A DNA stretch of 64,000 nucleotides from a virus, in the IMG/VR virus record IMGVR_UViG_3300045988_114765, positions 1 to 64,000 of that record; one strand, given 5' to 3'. Below are positions 18,500-26,820 of this stretch, one piece after another; the first letter of the stretch is position 1; each line of letters opens with the position of its first letter. The notes below the pieces were generated by a model that made no database searches, was not told the origin of the DNA, and saw only the letters and a program-made list of their open reading frames with translations. Position numbers and translations under genes: made by a program.

Positions 18500-18966
18500 T
18501 GATAAGAAGTCATGGCTTATGCCAGGCTTGCAGGAGCAAAGAGTTGACTCCGAAGAAAAAAAACAGAATTACATCCATTAAAAACAGCAGCAAGAAGAAA
18601 AAGTTAGAGAGCCCGGATTTATCCGGGTTTTTTCGTCTTATGCTGGAAGAGTTGAATACTATTCGAATGTCTATGACCGGTAAGGCTATTCATTTTCCTA
18701 CAGTATGTAACGTCTGTCACATACTTCCGAAAAGGATATATAAGTCGGTTGCTACTTGCAGGGATAATATAGTTTTCCTTCATGAATCGGAGCATACGGT
18801 ATTCGACATGTATCTTGACCGGATGGAATTTGATAAACTTGAAACAGAATTTCCTTTTGTATGGAAATATGCAGTAAATAAGGTACTGGATATGGAAAGC
18901 AGGGGAATGATTAAAGAAAGAGGTAGGTTGATTATTGAAATAATTGACAGATATAACCCCAAATAG
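18445..18966 (+). CDS. zinc-finger protein with an HNH/NinG-like signature (CxxC...CxxC; CNVCH...N...H..EH), 173 aa
   Basis: Spacing of Cys/His/Asn residues. Confidence 0.35.
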   Translation: MESKEKKLYVCERCGRKVMIRSHGLCQACRSKELTPKKKNRITSIKNSSKKKKLESPDLSGFFRLMLEELNTIRMSMTGKAIHFPTVCNVCHILPKRIYKSVATCRDNIVFLHESEHTVFDMYLDRMEFDKLETEFPFVWKYAVNKVLDMESRGMIKERGRLIIEIIDRYNPK

Positions 18967-19048
18967 TATTTGAGAAAGCAGCCACAGATATTGATAAGAC
19001 TGTAACTGTGTTGTATTATGTTAAAGAGGAATTAATTGAGAAATTGCG

Positions 19049-20371
19049 ATGATAGAGCAGAAAATAAAAATATTGACAGATTTAGGGTTTGTACCTATGG
19101 TGGAGGGAAAAGGAAATACGTTGTTTAGAATGAACGATGTTGTGATGTCGGTGTCAGATCCTAATCAAACACCGGAGCAATTGAGAAAGGAAGTTATGTC
19201 TTTAATAAAAAACAAAGACATAGCGGAAAGAGGTGGACAGGTTCCAGTAGTTAAAGAGCCGGCGCCTGAGCCAGAGCAGACCCAGAAGGAGGAGGAACCG
19301 GAAGCTCCGGCAGAGGAAGCAGATCCTAACCCTGGAGAAGAGGATTCGAATCCGTTTACAGAAAATCAGGAAACGTTAGAACCGTTTTATATCTGTGATG
19401 AGTTAAAGAAGATCGAGACTCCCAAATTCGTAAGATTGACATTAGACGGTAATCGTTTTTATGTAAGAAAGATGGACGATGGAACAGCCAAGATATATGC
19501 TTCGGTAACAACCATGATCAGAGACGGATTCGTAGATGACAAGACGGCTCTTCAAGAATGGAGACAGGAGATGAGGATGATTGGTCGCAACCCGGAAGAA
19601 GTATCAGAATATGATGCAGATAAAGGAACGATCATGCACTACCTATATGGATTGTACTTGACAGGTAGAGATATGGTCTTAAATCGAAGTTTTATAGTTA
19701 AGACAGTGCAAGAAGGCAAGCTGAAGATATCGAAAAAGAATCTTGACAAATTCTTTGGTAGCATAGATGATCTTGACGATATGATTGTCAGAGTTATGAA
19801 GTTTGCTAAGTTTTGTTCGGAGTATAAGGTTAAGCCGATGATGATTGAAAGAATATTGTCATTAGAAGATTATTTGGTAGCTACTCCAATAGATGCGATG
19901 GTTAAAATGACATTCAAATACAAAGAAGAAGGTTATTTTGGAGCCGTGTATCAAAGGGCTACGGGGCAGTTCAAAAAAGGCGATCCGAAGAAGGAAGTGA
20001 GAGAAGTGGAGAAAGAAGAGATTGTTATCTTAGATTTTAAATCAGGTGACATACGAAATGAACATGCTTTTCAATTGGAGGCTGAAAGGAGAATGGTTAA
20101 AAACTGGTACGGAATTGATGCACGTATTATGAATTTTTCTCCAAAAAGCACGAACAGTAAAGGTTATACGCTAAAAGAATGGTCTGATAAAAATGCTGCT
20201 ATGGAGAAAGCGGACTGTGTGTTCCAACAAGGGATGTTGAATCATATCAGAAAAGACAAGAGGTTCAAAGTGAGAAAAGGAGTGCTGAATATCAATAAGC
20301 CGTACAATGAAGAGGATCATACGGTCGTGTATGATATTGCAGAGGAAATGTCTAAAAGATTTATAATATGA
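19049..20371 (+). CDS. hypothetical protein with an acidic Pro/Glu linker and a possible PD-(D/E)xK-like motif (..PID....ILDFKSG), 440 aa
   Basis: Long ORF; motif similarity is weak. Confidence 0.6.
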   Translation: MIEQKIKILTDLGFVPMVEGKGNTLFRMNDVVMSVSDPNQTPEQLRKEVMSLIKNKDIAERGGQVPVVKEPAPEPEQTQKEEEPEAPAEEADPNPGEEDSNPFTENQETLEPFYICDELKKIETPKFVRLTLDGNRFYVRKMDDGTAKIYASVTTMIRDGFVDDKTALQEWRQEMRMIGRNPEEVSEYDADKGTIMHYLYGLYLTGRDMVLNRSFIVKTVQEGKLKISKKNLDKFFGSIDDLDDMIVRVMKFAKFCSEYKVKPMMIERILSLEDYLVATPIDAMVKMTFKYKEEGYFGAVYQRATGQFKKGDPKKEVREVEKEEIVILDFKSGDIRNEHAFQLEAERRMVKNWYGIDARIMNFSPKSTNSKGYTLKEWSDKNAAMEKADCVFQQGMLNHIRKDKRFKVRKGVLNINKPYNEEDHTVVYDIAEEMSKRFII

Positions 20372-20597
20372 GCGATGTTATTATTCCTGAAGGAGATTTT
20401 GTGGAAATTGTAAAACCGATACATATCAACCCTTTTGGTGATTGTTTTATTAACATCGAAAGGGGTTAGAAATTAAGATTATCGAAAGATTTGAGAATAG
20501 GAGATAAATATGCAATATGCGTACTTACATCTTATAAGAAATATGGCAAGACCATTGAAACAATAATGCCTATACTGGTCAGAAATACAAGAAGAGT

Positions 20598-20948
20598 ATG
20601 AAGAGAAAAATTAAAAGAACAGGAGAAATAATAGACGTAATCACTTTCAGTAGCTCAACTATAAGAAGCGACCATGACAGAATACAGTTCTATGGTGATA
20701 ATGGGAATGTGATAAGTGAGAGTTTAAATTTTTATCTCGATACCCTTCCTGTAAATGACGAAAACAAAGATGTAGACTGGGAGCAACGTAGATTCGATCT
20801 TATCAAGGCTTATTCTATTGAGTTTGTTAAAGCACAAAATAGAAAAGGTGAAATAGATTGCGGAGTATATGTACCAGATGTGGTGTCATGGTCTATAACT
20901 ATAGCAGATAGAATCATAGAGGCGATGAGAGGAGTTAAAAATGCTTGA
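20598..20948 (+). CDS. hypothetical protein, 116 aa
   Basis: ORF only. Confidence 0.5.
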   Translation: MKRKIKRTGEIIDVITFSSSTIRSDHDRIQFYGDNGNVISESLNFYLDTLPVNDENKDVDWEQRRFDLIKAYSIEFVKAQNRKGEIDCGVYVPDVVSWSITIADRIIEAMRGVKNA

Positions 20949-21954
20949 TTTTAGAAAATACGAAAACGTACCTCGGTTTCAACTTGACCGCAGGCCGGGC
21001 AGGAGCCGACTGAAGCTAACCTGCCCGGCTTGCGGGAAAAGCCGGTGCCTCACTCCTTATATTGATGTGGCAACAGGTCAGGTTGTTGGCAACGAGTTCG
21101 GAAGATGCGATCATGAACGGACTTGCGGTTACGATAAACGACCTACTGGTAAGGATGTAGGTGACAAAGATCTTTGGATTTCGGGAAACAAGTGTATAAG
21201 AGCTTATCGTCCTCCTGTAAATCCTGACGTTGTAAATTACATACCTTTTAGCGAGTTTGAGAGGACTGTGGTTCCAGACGACAGAAACACCGTATTTAGA
21301 TTTTTATCGTCTCTATGGGGAAAGGAAAGGGTATCTGATGTATTCAGGAGGTATCATGTCGGAACAATGGACTTATGGGGATGGAAAGGATGTTGTATAT
21401 TCTGGCAGATAGATAAGGACTTTGTATGTAGAACCGGCAAGATCATGGACTTTTATATAAAGACCGACAGCCAGGGGAATGAGATTGATGTAAAAAGAGT
21501 GAAAGAAAAAGACGGTGACAATGAGCGGCCTCATGTTATGTTTTATCACTCGTTGCATGCAAGGGACTTCTTGTTTAGACAATGCCTGTTCGGAGAGCAT
21601 CTTCTAAGCCAGTATCCGGATAAGGTGGTTAATTTGGTGGAATCAGAAAAGACGGCTATTATATGTGCCGTGAATAAACCGGATGAGTTATTTGTAGCTA
21701 CCGGTGGGTTGCAGAACCTAAGGCCGGAAGTGATAGATGTTTTAAAAGATAGAAAGACTGTAGCTTTTCCGGACAAAGGACAAGCATTTGAGACATGGAG
21801 TAAAAAGATAGATGGGATGATGATGAAGTCAAGGATAAAAGTATCAGACTATCTTCAAAATGTTGAAAATGTAGGAGACGGAGATGATGTGGCAGATTTG
21901 ATAATTAGTAACAAGGTAAAAGAAAAACAGTATGAGCCTGGACGTTTATATTAA
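20941..21954 (+). CDS. DNA primase-like protein (N-terminal zinc ribbon; TOPRIM-like C-terminal region), 337 aa
   Basis: Zinc ribbon CPACGKSRC...CDHERTC; acidic E/D motifs in the C-terminal part; sits next to the DnaB helicase. Confidence 0.45.
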   Translation: MLDFRKYENVPRFQLDRRPGRSRLKLTCPACGKSRCLTPYIDVATGQVVGNEFGRCDHERTCGYDKRPTGKDVGDKDLWISGNKCIRAYRPPVNPDVVNYIPFSEFERTVVPDDRNTVFRFLSSLWGKERVSDVFRRYHVGTMDLWGWKGCCIFWQIDKDFVCRTGKIMDFYIKTDSQGNEIDVKRVKEKDGDNERPHVMFYHSLHARDFLFRQCLFGEHLLSQYPDKVVNLVESEKTAIICAVNKPDELFVATGGLQNLRPEVIDVLKDRKTVAFPDKGQAFETWSKKIDGMMMKSRIKVSDYLQNVENVGDGDDVADLIISNKVKEKQYEPGRLY

Positions 21955-22285
21955 AAGTAAGAAGAAAGAAGAGGATCGTGAATGGGTTGCAAACATCACC
22001 CACAACATGAACAAGATGGCACAAAGAATATTCGTATCAGAAAATAAAGAAACGCTGTACGATTATGTTTGGAGACCAGAAGAATTGTATAGAGAAATAT
22101 ATACCAATGAGATGAAGAATGTACTTACAAAAGGTATATGTATTATGATCTCCAAGAGAAAAAGTCTTTTGAAATACGAGCCGGAAAACGGATGGGGGCC
22201 TTATGATTCATTTCTTAAGTTTCTTATCGAATATAAAGAGGCGTGTGAAGATCATCCGGGTTATATAATTGAAGCAAGTAGATAA
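21932..22285 (+). CDS. hypothetical protein, 117 aa
   Basis: ORF only. Confidence 0.5.
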   Translation: MSLDVYIKSKKKEEDREWVANITHNMNKMAQRIFVSENKETLYDYVWRPEELYREIYTNEMKNVLTKGICIMISKRKSLLKYEPENGWGPYDSFLKFLIEYKEACEDHPGYIIEASR

Positions 22286-22547
22286 CAACATGGAAAATTA
22301 TAAAAACACTTTAAACGAGGTAGTGGTGATCGAATCGTCACCAGAAACGTATTTTGTTTACGCTATTCGTAATGCTATTCGTATCTCTAAATGTGCGTAT
22401 CCGACAGCCAAGAAAGTAATTTTCAAAAGAGAGGACGTAGAGGTAGAGATCTCAGAAATGGAAACTGAAAGCAGTTTGTATGAAAAGTTTAAAGAAAAAC
22501 AAAAGAATAGGGTATGGAACTTAATGAGCGCCAACAACGGGTTTTAA
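22269..22547 (+). CDS. hypothetical protein, 92 aa
   Basis: ORF only. Confidence 0.45.
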   Translation: MKQVDNNMENYKNTLNEVVVIESSPETYFVYAIRNAIRISKCAYPTAKKVIFKREDVEVEISEMETESSLYEKFKEKQKNRVWNLMSANNGF

Positions 22548-23080
22548 GAGGCGAAATTTGTCCTTATTGCGGAAGAGAAACCGAGCTGGTAAATGCCGAT
22601 AAAATATATAGCAGAAAAGGCTTAGGGATGGTTATGATGTGTAAACCATGCAATGCTTATGTCGGTGTTCATGAATCAGGGCCGAATAAGGGAAAAGCTA
22701 AAGGCCGGCTTGCGGGGCCATCACTGAGGTCTCTTAAGATAAGAGTCCATGCCGAACTTGACAGACTATGGTCTACGCCGGAGGAACGGAAAAGGATGTA
22801 TAAAGATTTATCTGAATTTCTCTCTATACCGGAAGAATACACACATATAGGTATGTTCGGCGAGAAGACGATGGGAAAAGTCTTTCAGTTCTGTCATGTA
22901 AACAAAGAGCGATCAGGTTCGAGAATAGAACGGCATAAGCCTGGAGATAAGTGCCCTAATAAAAACAATCAAATAGTGTCAGGCAGTAGCGCATGTAGAG
23001 GATGTCCTGAGTATCTTCATGATGAGAAAGACGGATATGTCTGGTGTGATCCTGATATGAGCTACGGCAGGTTGAAATAG
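22514..23080 (+). CDS. phage zinc-ribbon protein (DUF3268-like), 188 aa
   Basis: CPYCG...CKPCNAYVGVH motif typical of this phage family (from memory). Confidence 0.55.
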   Translation: MELNERQQRVLRGEICPYCGRETELVNADKIYSRKGLGMVMMCKPCNAYVGVHESGPNKGKAKGRLAGPSLRSLKIRVHAELDRLWSTPEERKRMYKDLSEFLSIPEEYTHIGMFGEKTMGKVFQFCHVNKERSGSRIERHKPGDKCPNKNNQIVSGSSACRGCPEYLHDEKDGYVWCDPDMSYGRLK

Positions 23081-23094
23081 GGCGCGAATTGCCT

Positions 23095-23102
23095 ACCTTT
23101 GT
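23095..23102 (+). promoter_or_regulatory. Bacteroidota-type -7 promoter element TAccTTTG
   Basis: Matches TAnnTTTG, about 30 nt upstream of ATG 23133. Confidence 0.4.
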
Positions 23103-23132
23103 GCTATTATTAATCAAAAAAAATATAAGCAC

Positions 23133-23411
23133 ATGGGCAGATCAACAGAGTACTACAGGACTCATCCCGAAGCCAGGAAGAAAAAGGCTAAAAAGGACAA
23201 GGAGATAAATGCCAGACCGGAACAGAAAGCCAAACGCCGAGAGCTTGGTCGTAAAAACTACGAAACGGACAAGAAGAAGGGTAAGGGCTGGAGGAAAGGC
23301 AAGGATTGTTCTCATACCAAGAACGGTCTTAGATATAAATCAGTAAAAGCTAATAGGGGATCCAAATCGGATACAAAAGGTGACAAAAATGCACGAGGAG
23401 ATAGCAAATAG
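23133..23411 (+). CDS. highly basic Lys/Arg-rich small protein, 92 aa
   Basis: Amino-acid composition. Confidence 0.45.
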   Translation: MGRSTEYYRTHPEARKKKAKKDKEINARPEQKAKRRELGRKNYETDKKKGKGWRKGKDCSHTKNGLRYKSVKANRGSKSDTKGDKNARGDSK

Positions 23412-24513
23412 GATAGATATAAGAAGGATATTCAAAACCTCCAAACAGGTTATGGAAGAGGCGTATGAGAATATCTTAAAATACAGGCGGGGAGAGCTTA
23501 TCCCCGCTAAAACCGGATACGATTATATTGATGAGGCTTTGCTTGGAGGTATTTTCCCTCAGCATGCTATTGCCATAGGGGCTCGGCCATCTGTGGGTAA
23601 ATCGTATGTGGCCCAAAAGATATTGGAAAATGTGATGAATCCGATGATCAACCCACAAGCAGAAGATTATTTTCTTGTCAATTGCGAGTTCGAAATGAAT
23701 CCTCAAGATCTTCTTCTTCGCAGAATGAGTCAGGATATGAAAAAACGGGCTCCTGAAATATTAAGAAGGCAAGATTCTAATACAGTAGAAGAGATGAGGA
23801 TGTTTGAAATCCTTCAAGGTGAAATCAGAAATAATATAATATACATCGACGCTCCGTGTACGGTAAAAGAGTTTGAGGCGGCTGTATATCATATAGCTAC
23901 TAAGCATAAAGACAAACGTCTTATAATATTTAAAGTCGATCATATTGCTTTGATAAAAAGAATAGGATTGGATCCTAAGTCGGCTATAGATGATTTGGTG
24001 GCGGTTATGAACGAGGCTAAATTAGTATATAAAAACATATTTTTCCTCATCATATCCCAATTCAACAGAGATATAGAAGGAAGGATAAAAAGCCCTCAAG
24101 AGCAGCCTCCCCGTCTTTCTGACTTTTATCAGTCTGATACGCTGGGGCAACTATGTACGTTAATGATAGGTTTGCATAATCCTCGCAGATACGGGCTGGA
24201 CAAGTATATGATATTTGGGAAAGACTGGTATCAGACTCTTGACCGGTTTAAAACTGAAAACAAAACATCATTCAGGACAGCCGGACTGGTGTTTCATCAT
24301 ATACTGAAGGTAAGGCAAGTTAGTATGGAAGAGCTTACTAATACAATCCACCCAGAGATCCTGCCGGGGCATGGATGGATGTACGGGGAGGGAGGGACGA
24401 AGTTCGTGAACCCCAACCAGCCGCCGACGCCGCCCAAGCTCTATACTGTGGAAGACGTTACGAACAATCAAGATCAAGAACAAGAGGTAAAGGAAGAACA
24501 GTCAGTATATTAA
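23380..24513 (+). CDS. dnaB: DnaB-family replicative DNA helicase (RecA-fold C-terminal domain), 377 aa
   Basis: Walker A (GARPSVGKS); H2-like motif (IIFKVDHIALI); SQxNR motif (IISQFNRDIEGR). Confidence 0.8.
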   Translation: MTKMHEEIANRIDIRRIFKTSKQVMEEAYENILKYRRGELIPAKTGYDYIDEALLGGIFPQHAIAIGARPSVGKSYVAQKILENVMNPMINPQAEDYFLVNCEFEMNPQDLLLRRMSQDMKKRAPEILRRQDSNTVEEMRMFEILQGEIRNNIIYIDAPCTVKEFEAAVYHIATKHKDKRLIIFKVDHIALIKRIGLDPKSAIDDLVAVMNEAKLVYKNIFFLIISQFNRDIEGRIKSPQEQPPRLSDFYQSDTLGQLCTLMIGLHNPRRYGLDKYMIFGKDWYQTLDRFKTENKTSFRTAGLVFHHILKVRQVSMEELTNTIHPEILPGHGWMYGEGGTKFVNPNQPPTPPKLYTVEDVTNNQDQEQEVKEEQSVY

Positions 24514-24525
24514 AAAAAGAAACGT

Positions 24526-25128
24526 ATGAGACTTACCGTAGAAGAAAACGAATACCTGATAAGTAAGTTCCTTTTGGTTCTTACTGAGTTCGCAGGGGAT
24601 GAAAGAGAGATGTTTTTAATCAACTCCATACATGATAAAGCAGTAGCGGATATGAATTATCGTCTTCCGTCTTTAATAAGCAGAGAACGCAAAAGACGAG
24701 TCATTGAGCTCCTTAAAGAAGGAACCAGAATAATCAAGGACTTTTCCGGCTATGCAGGTGATATGGGTATGATTAACGAATACGATCGTCTAAAGAAAGA
24801 AATAGGTACCGTCCAAGACCAGCTTGGTGACGTAGAAGGTCAACTTCGGGCAGCAGGAGAAGTTATTAAAAAAGAACTTGATATGATTGCTGACCGGATC
24901 AAAGAAGACCTTCTCGACCGAGAGCTGGCTAAAAGTAATGCCGAGGCTGAAAGAAAAGCCAAAGTGGATCCAAGATACGAAGTGGCTTTAGGTGATTACA
25001 AGGAGATGCTGGAAGTTATTTTTACAACCAGAAACAAGTATTCTACGGTAGATTCTGTACATGATGATCTCCGTCAGTCGGTGTCTACCGGTAGAAATTC
25101 GATTATCAAAGAAGGGTACAACGGTTAA
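24526..25128 (+). CDS. hypothetical protein, 200 aa
   Basis: ORF only. Confidence 0.5.
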   Translation: MRLTVEENEYLISKFLLVLTEFAGDEREMFLINSIHDKAVADMNYRLPSLISRERKRRVIELLKEGTRIIKDFSGYAGDMGMINEYDRLKKEIGTVQDQLGDVEGQLRAAGEVIKKELDMIADRIKEDLLDRELAKSNAEAERKAKVDPRYEVALGDYKEMLEVIFTTRNKYSTVDSVHDDLRQSVSTGRNSIIKEGYNG

Positions 25129-25143
25129 AAACAAGGAGGAAAT

Positions 25144-25350
25144 ATGGAAAAGAAGGAATTTAAAGTAGGAGAAGTGTTTGATGCCGGACTTGTGAGATTA
25201 AAATGTGTGGAACCTACGGCGCCAAATGCAGGATGTGAAGGATGTATATTTAATTACTTTACATGCGGGGCAGTGCATGTGATTGCAGGTCCGTGTAGTC
25301 ACGCGGAGAGGGAGGATAATAGAGATGTTATTTTCATTAAAGCTGATTAG
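25144..25350 (+). CDS. small Cys-rich protein, 68 aa
   Basis: CxEP...CEGC...C...C pattern. Confidence 0.4.
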   Translation: MEKKEFKVGEVFDAGLVRLKCVEPTAPNAGCEGCIFNYFTCGAVHVIAGPCSHAEREDNRDVIFIKAD

Positions 25351-25352
25351 GA

Positions 25353-26066
25353 ATGTACATCAATTTCAGACAACTTACAGCATCAGACATGACTCCTAAT
25401 GATCTCGCTAATCTTCTTGCCATAAGACAGAAGGATTCGGTTATGATCGAAGCCATGCAGGAAGAAGATGCTGGTAGATATATAGAGCTTGGCCTGGTTG
25501 AGAAATTAAAATCAGGCGTGATGAGATTGACCAACAAAGGAACGTCTTTTGTGAATTATATAGAGACACCGGAAATGACAGACGAGGTTCTGGAAACGTT
25601 GAAGATTATGATAGGAATGTACGAATCATATTCAAAAGACATAGGTGTCAGCAGAAAAGAAGCGGAATCCAGATTGTGTTGGTTTATGGGTAATACTTCA
25701 TTTAAGAAAGAGGTCATACTTCAAGTAACGGAATCTTATATAGCAGAGTCAGGAGATTACACAATGAGCTTATGTAACTTCATATGGAAACCGCCTTCTC
25801 AGGCTTTTTCAGTCCATATGAACCTTAAAAACTCAAAGCTCTTTGACTTAATAGCTGAAAAATTTAAGATCGCTACCGAGCCTTATTTGGAGCCTAAGAA
25901 GAATAAGGAAATGGATTGGTTGTTTGCCGTATCTAAATTGCCTACGCCGCCGGATAAAGGCAATCCGGATTATTTGTTTACCGGAAGTGCGGAAACAGAC
26001 AAAGAACGATTGAAAAACATAAAAACATATTTATTTAACAAAATTAGAAAGCAATGGAAAAAGTAA
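25353..26066 (+). CDS. hypothetical protein, 237 aa (first gene of the ACP/NfeD/flotillin operon)
   Basis: Overlaps the start of the ACP gene. Confidence 0.5.
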   Translation: MYINFRQLTASDMTPNDLANLLAIRQKDSVMIEAMQEEDAGRYIELGLVEKLKSGVMRLTNKGTSFVNYIETPEMTDEVLETLKIMIGMYESYSKDIGVSRKEAESRLCWFMGNTSFKKEVILQVTESYIAESGDYTMSLCNFIWKPPSQAFSVHMNLKNSKLFDLIAEKFKIATEPYLEPKKNKEMDWLFAVSKLPTPPDKGNPDYLFTGSAETDKERLKNIKTYLFNKIRKQWKK

Positions 26067-26305
26067 GAATTAGAAAGATAATAGAGGATATAATTATTAC
26101 TCAGTTTCTTAATTCGGAAATGGATATAGTTCATGAAGAAGATGTGTCGTTTAAAGAACTTGGATTAGATTCTATTGATCGAATTGAGCTTGATGCGATA
26201 GTGGAACAAAAATTCAATATCGTTATTATTGATTATGATACAGAATCCATCAAAGATATGACTGATCTTGTTTACAAAATAATAACAGAAGGATATGGGA
26301 GATGA
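26054..26305 (+). CDS. acyl carrier protein-like, 83 aa
   Basis: GLDSIDRIELDAIVEQKFNI matches the ACP phosphopantetheine-attachment motif (DSL/DSI); acidic 4-helix-sized protein. Confidence 0.6.
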   Translation: MEKVRIRKIIEDIIITQFLNSEMDIVHEEDVSFKELGLDSIDRIELDAIVEQKFNIVIIDYDTESIKDMTDLVYKIITEGYGR

Positions 26306-26789
26306 TATAATTTTATGCATGGCTTTAATAGCGTCATTTGCTTTTGTTATACAGTTTTTGTTGTCGATATTAGGATCTGATCTGGATACGGATATTGACA
26401 TTGACAGTGCTTCTGATTTAAGTATGTCTTTGTCGGACATTATATCATTCAGGGGCATAACACATTTTATTCTTGGATATAGCTGGACTACCTACTTTTC
26501 GGGTTCCCATTTAGTAGGGGTTGTGATAGGGTCGCTTTTCTTTATCGTTTTGTTTTACGTATATAAGTTACTTTTTAAGTTAGAGCAAGAAATGGTGTAC
26601 GAATGTCCGGAAGATTTAAATGGCAGAGAGGTGGAGATAGTGTTTAGATCAGGGAAGAATCATTATATGGTAAATATTTCGAAAAATGGAAGACAAGAGC
26701 AAATGAGAGTAAAATGCTTGTCTGGAAAAACCTACAAAAACGGTGACAAGGTGAATATAAAATATGAAGAAGGAGAATTAAGTATCTAA
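26295..26789 (+). CDS. NfeD/YqiJ-like membrane protein (TM helices, acidic patch, C-terminal OB-fold-like domain), 164 aa
   Basis: Domain architecture and adjacency to the flotillin gene. Confidence 0.55.
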   Translation: MGDDIILCMALIASFAFVIQFLLSILGSDLDTDIDIDSASDLSMSLSDIISFRGITHFILGYSWTTYFSGSHLVGVVIGSLFFIVLFYVYKLLFKLEQEMVYECPEDLNGREVEIVFRSGKNHYMVNISKNGRQEQMRVKCLSGKTYKNGDKVNIKYEEGELSI

Positions 26790-26820
26790 TTTTTTTATCA
26801 ACAATTAAATTTTAAAAGTT

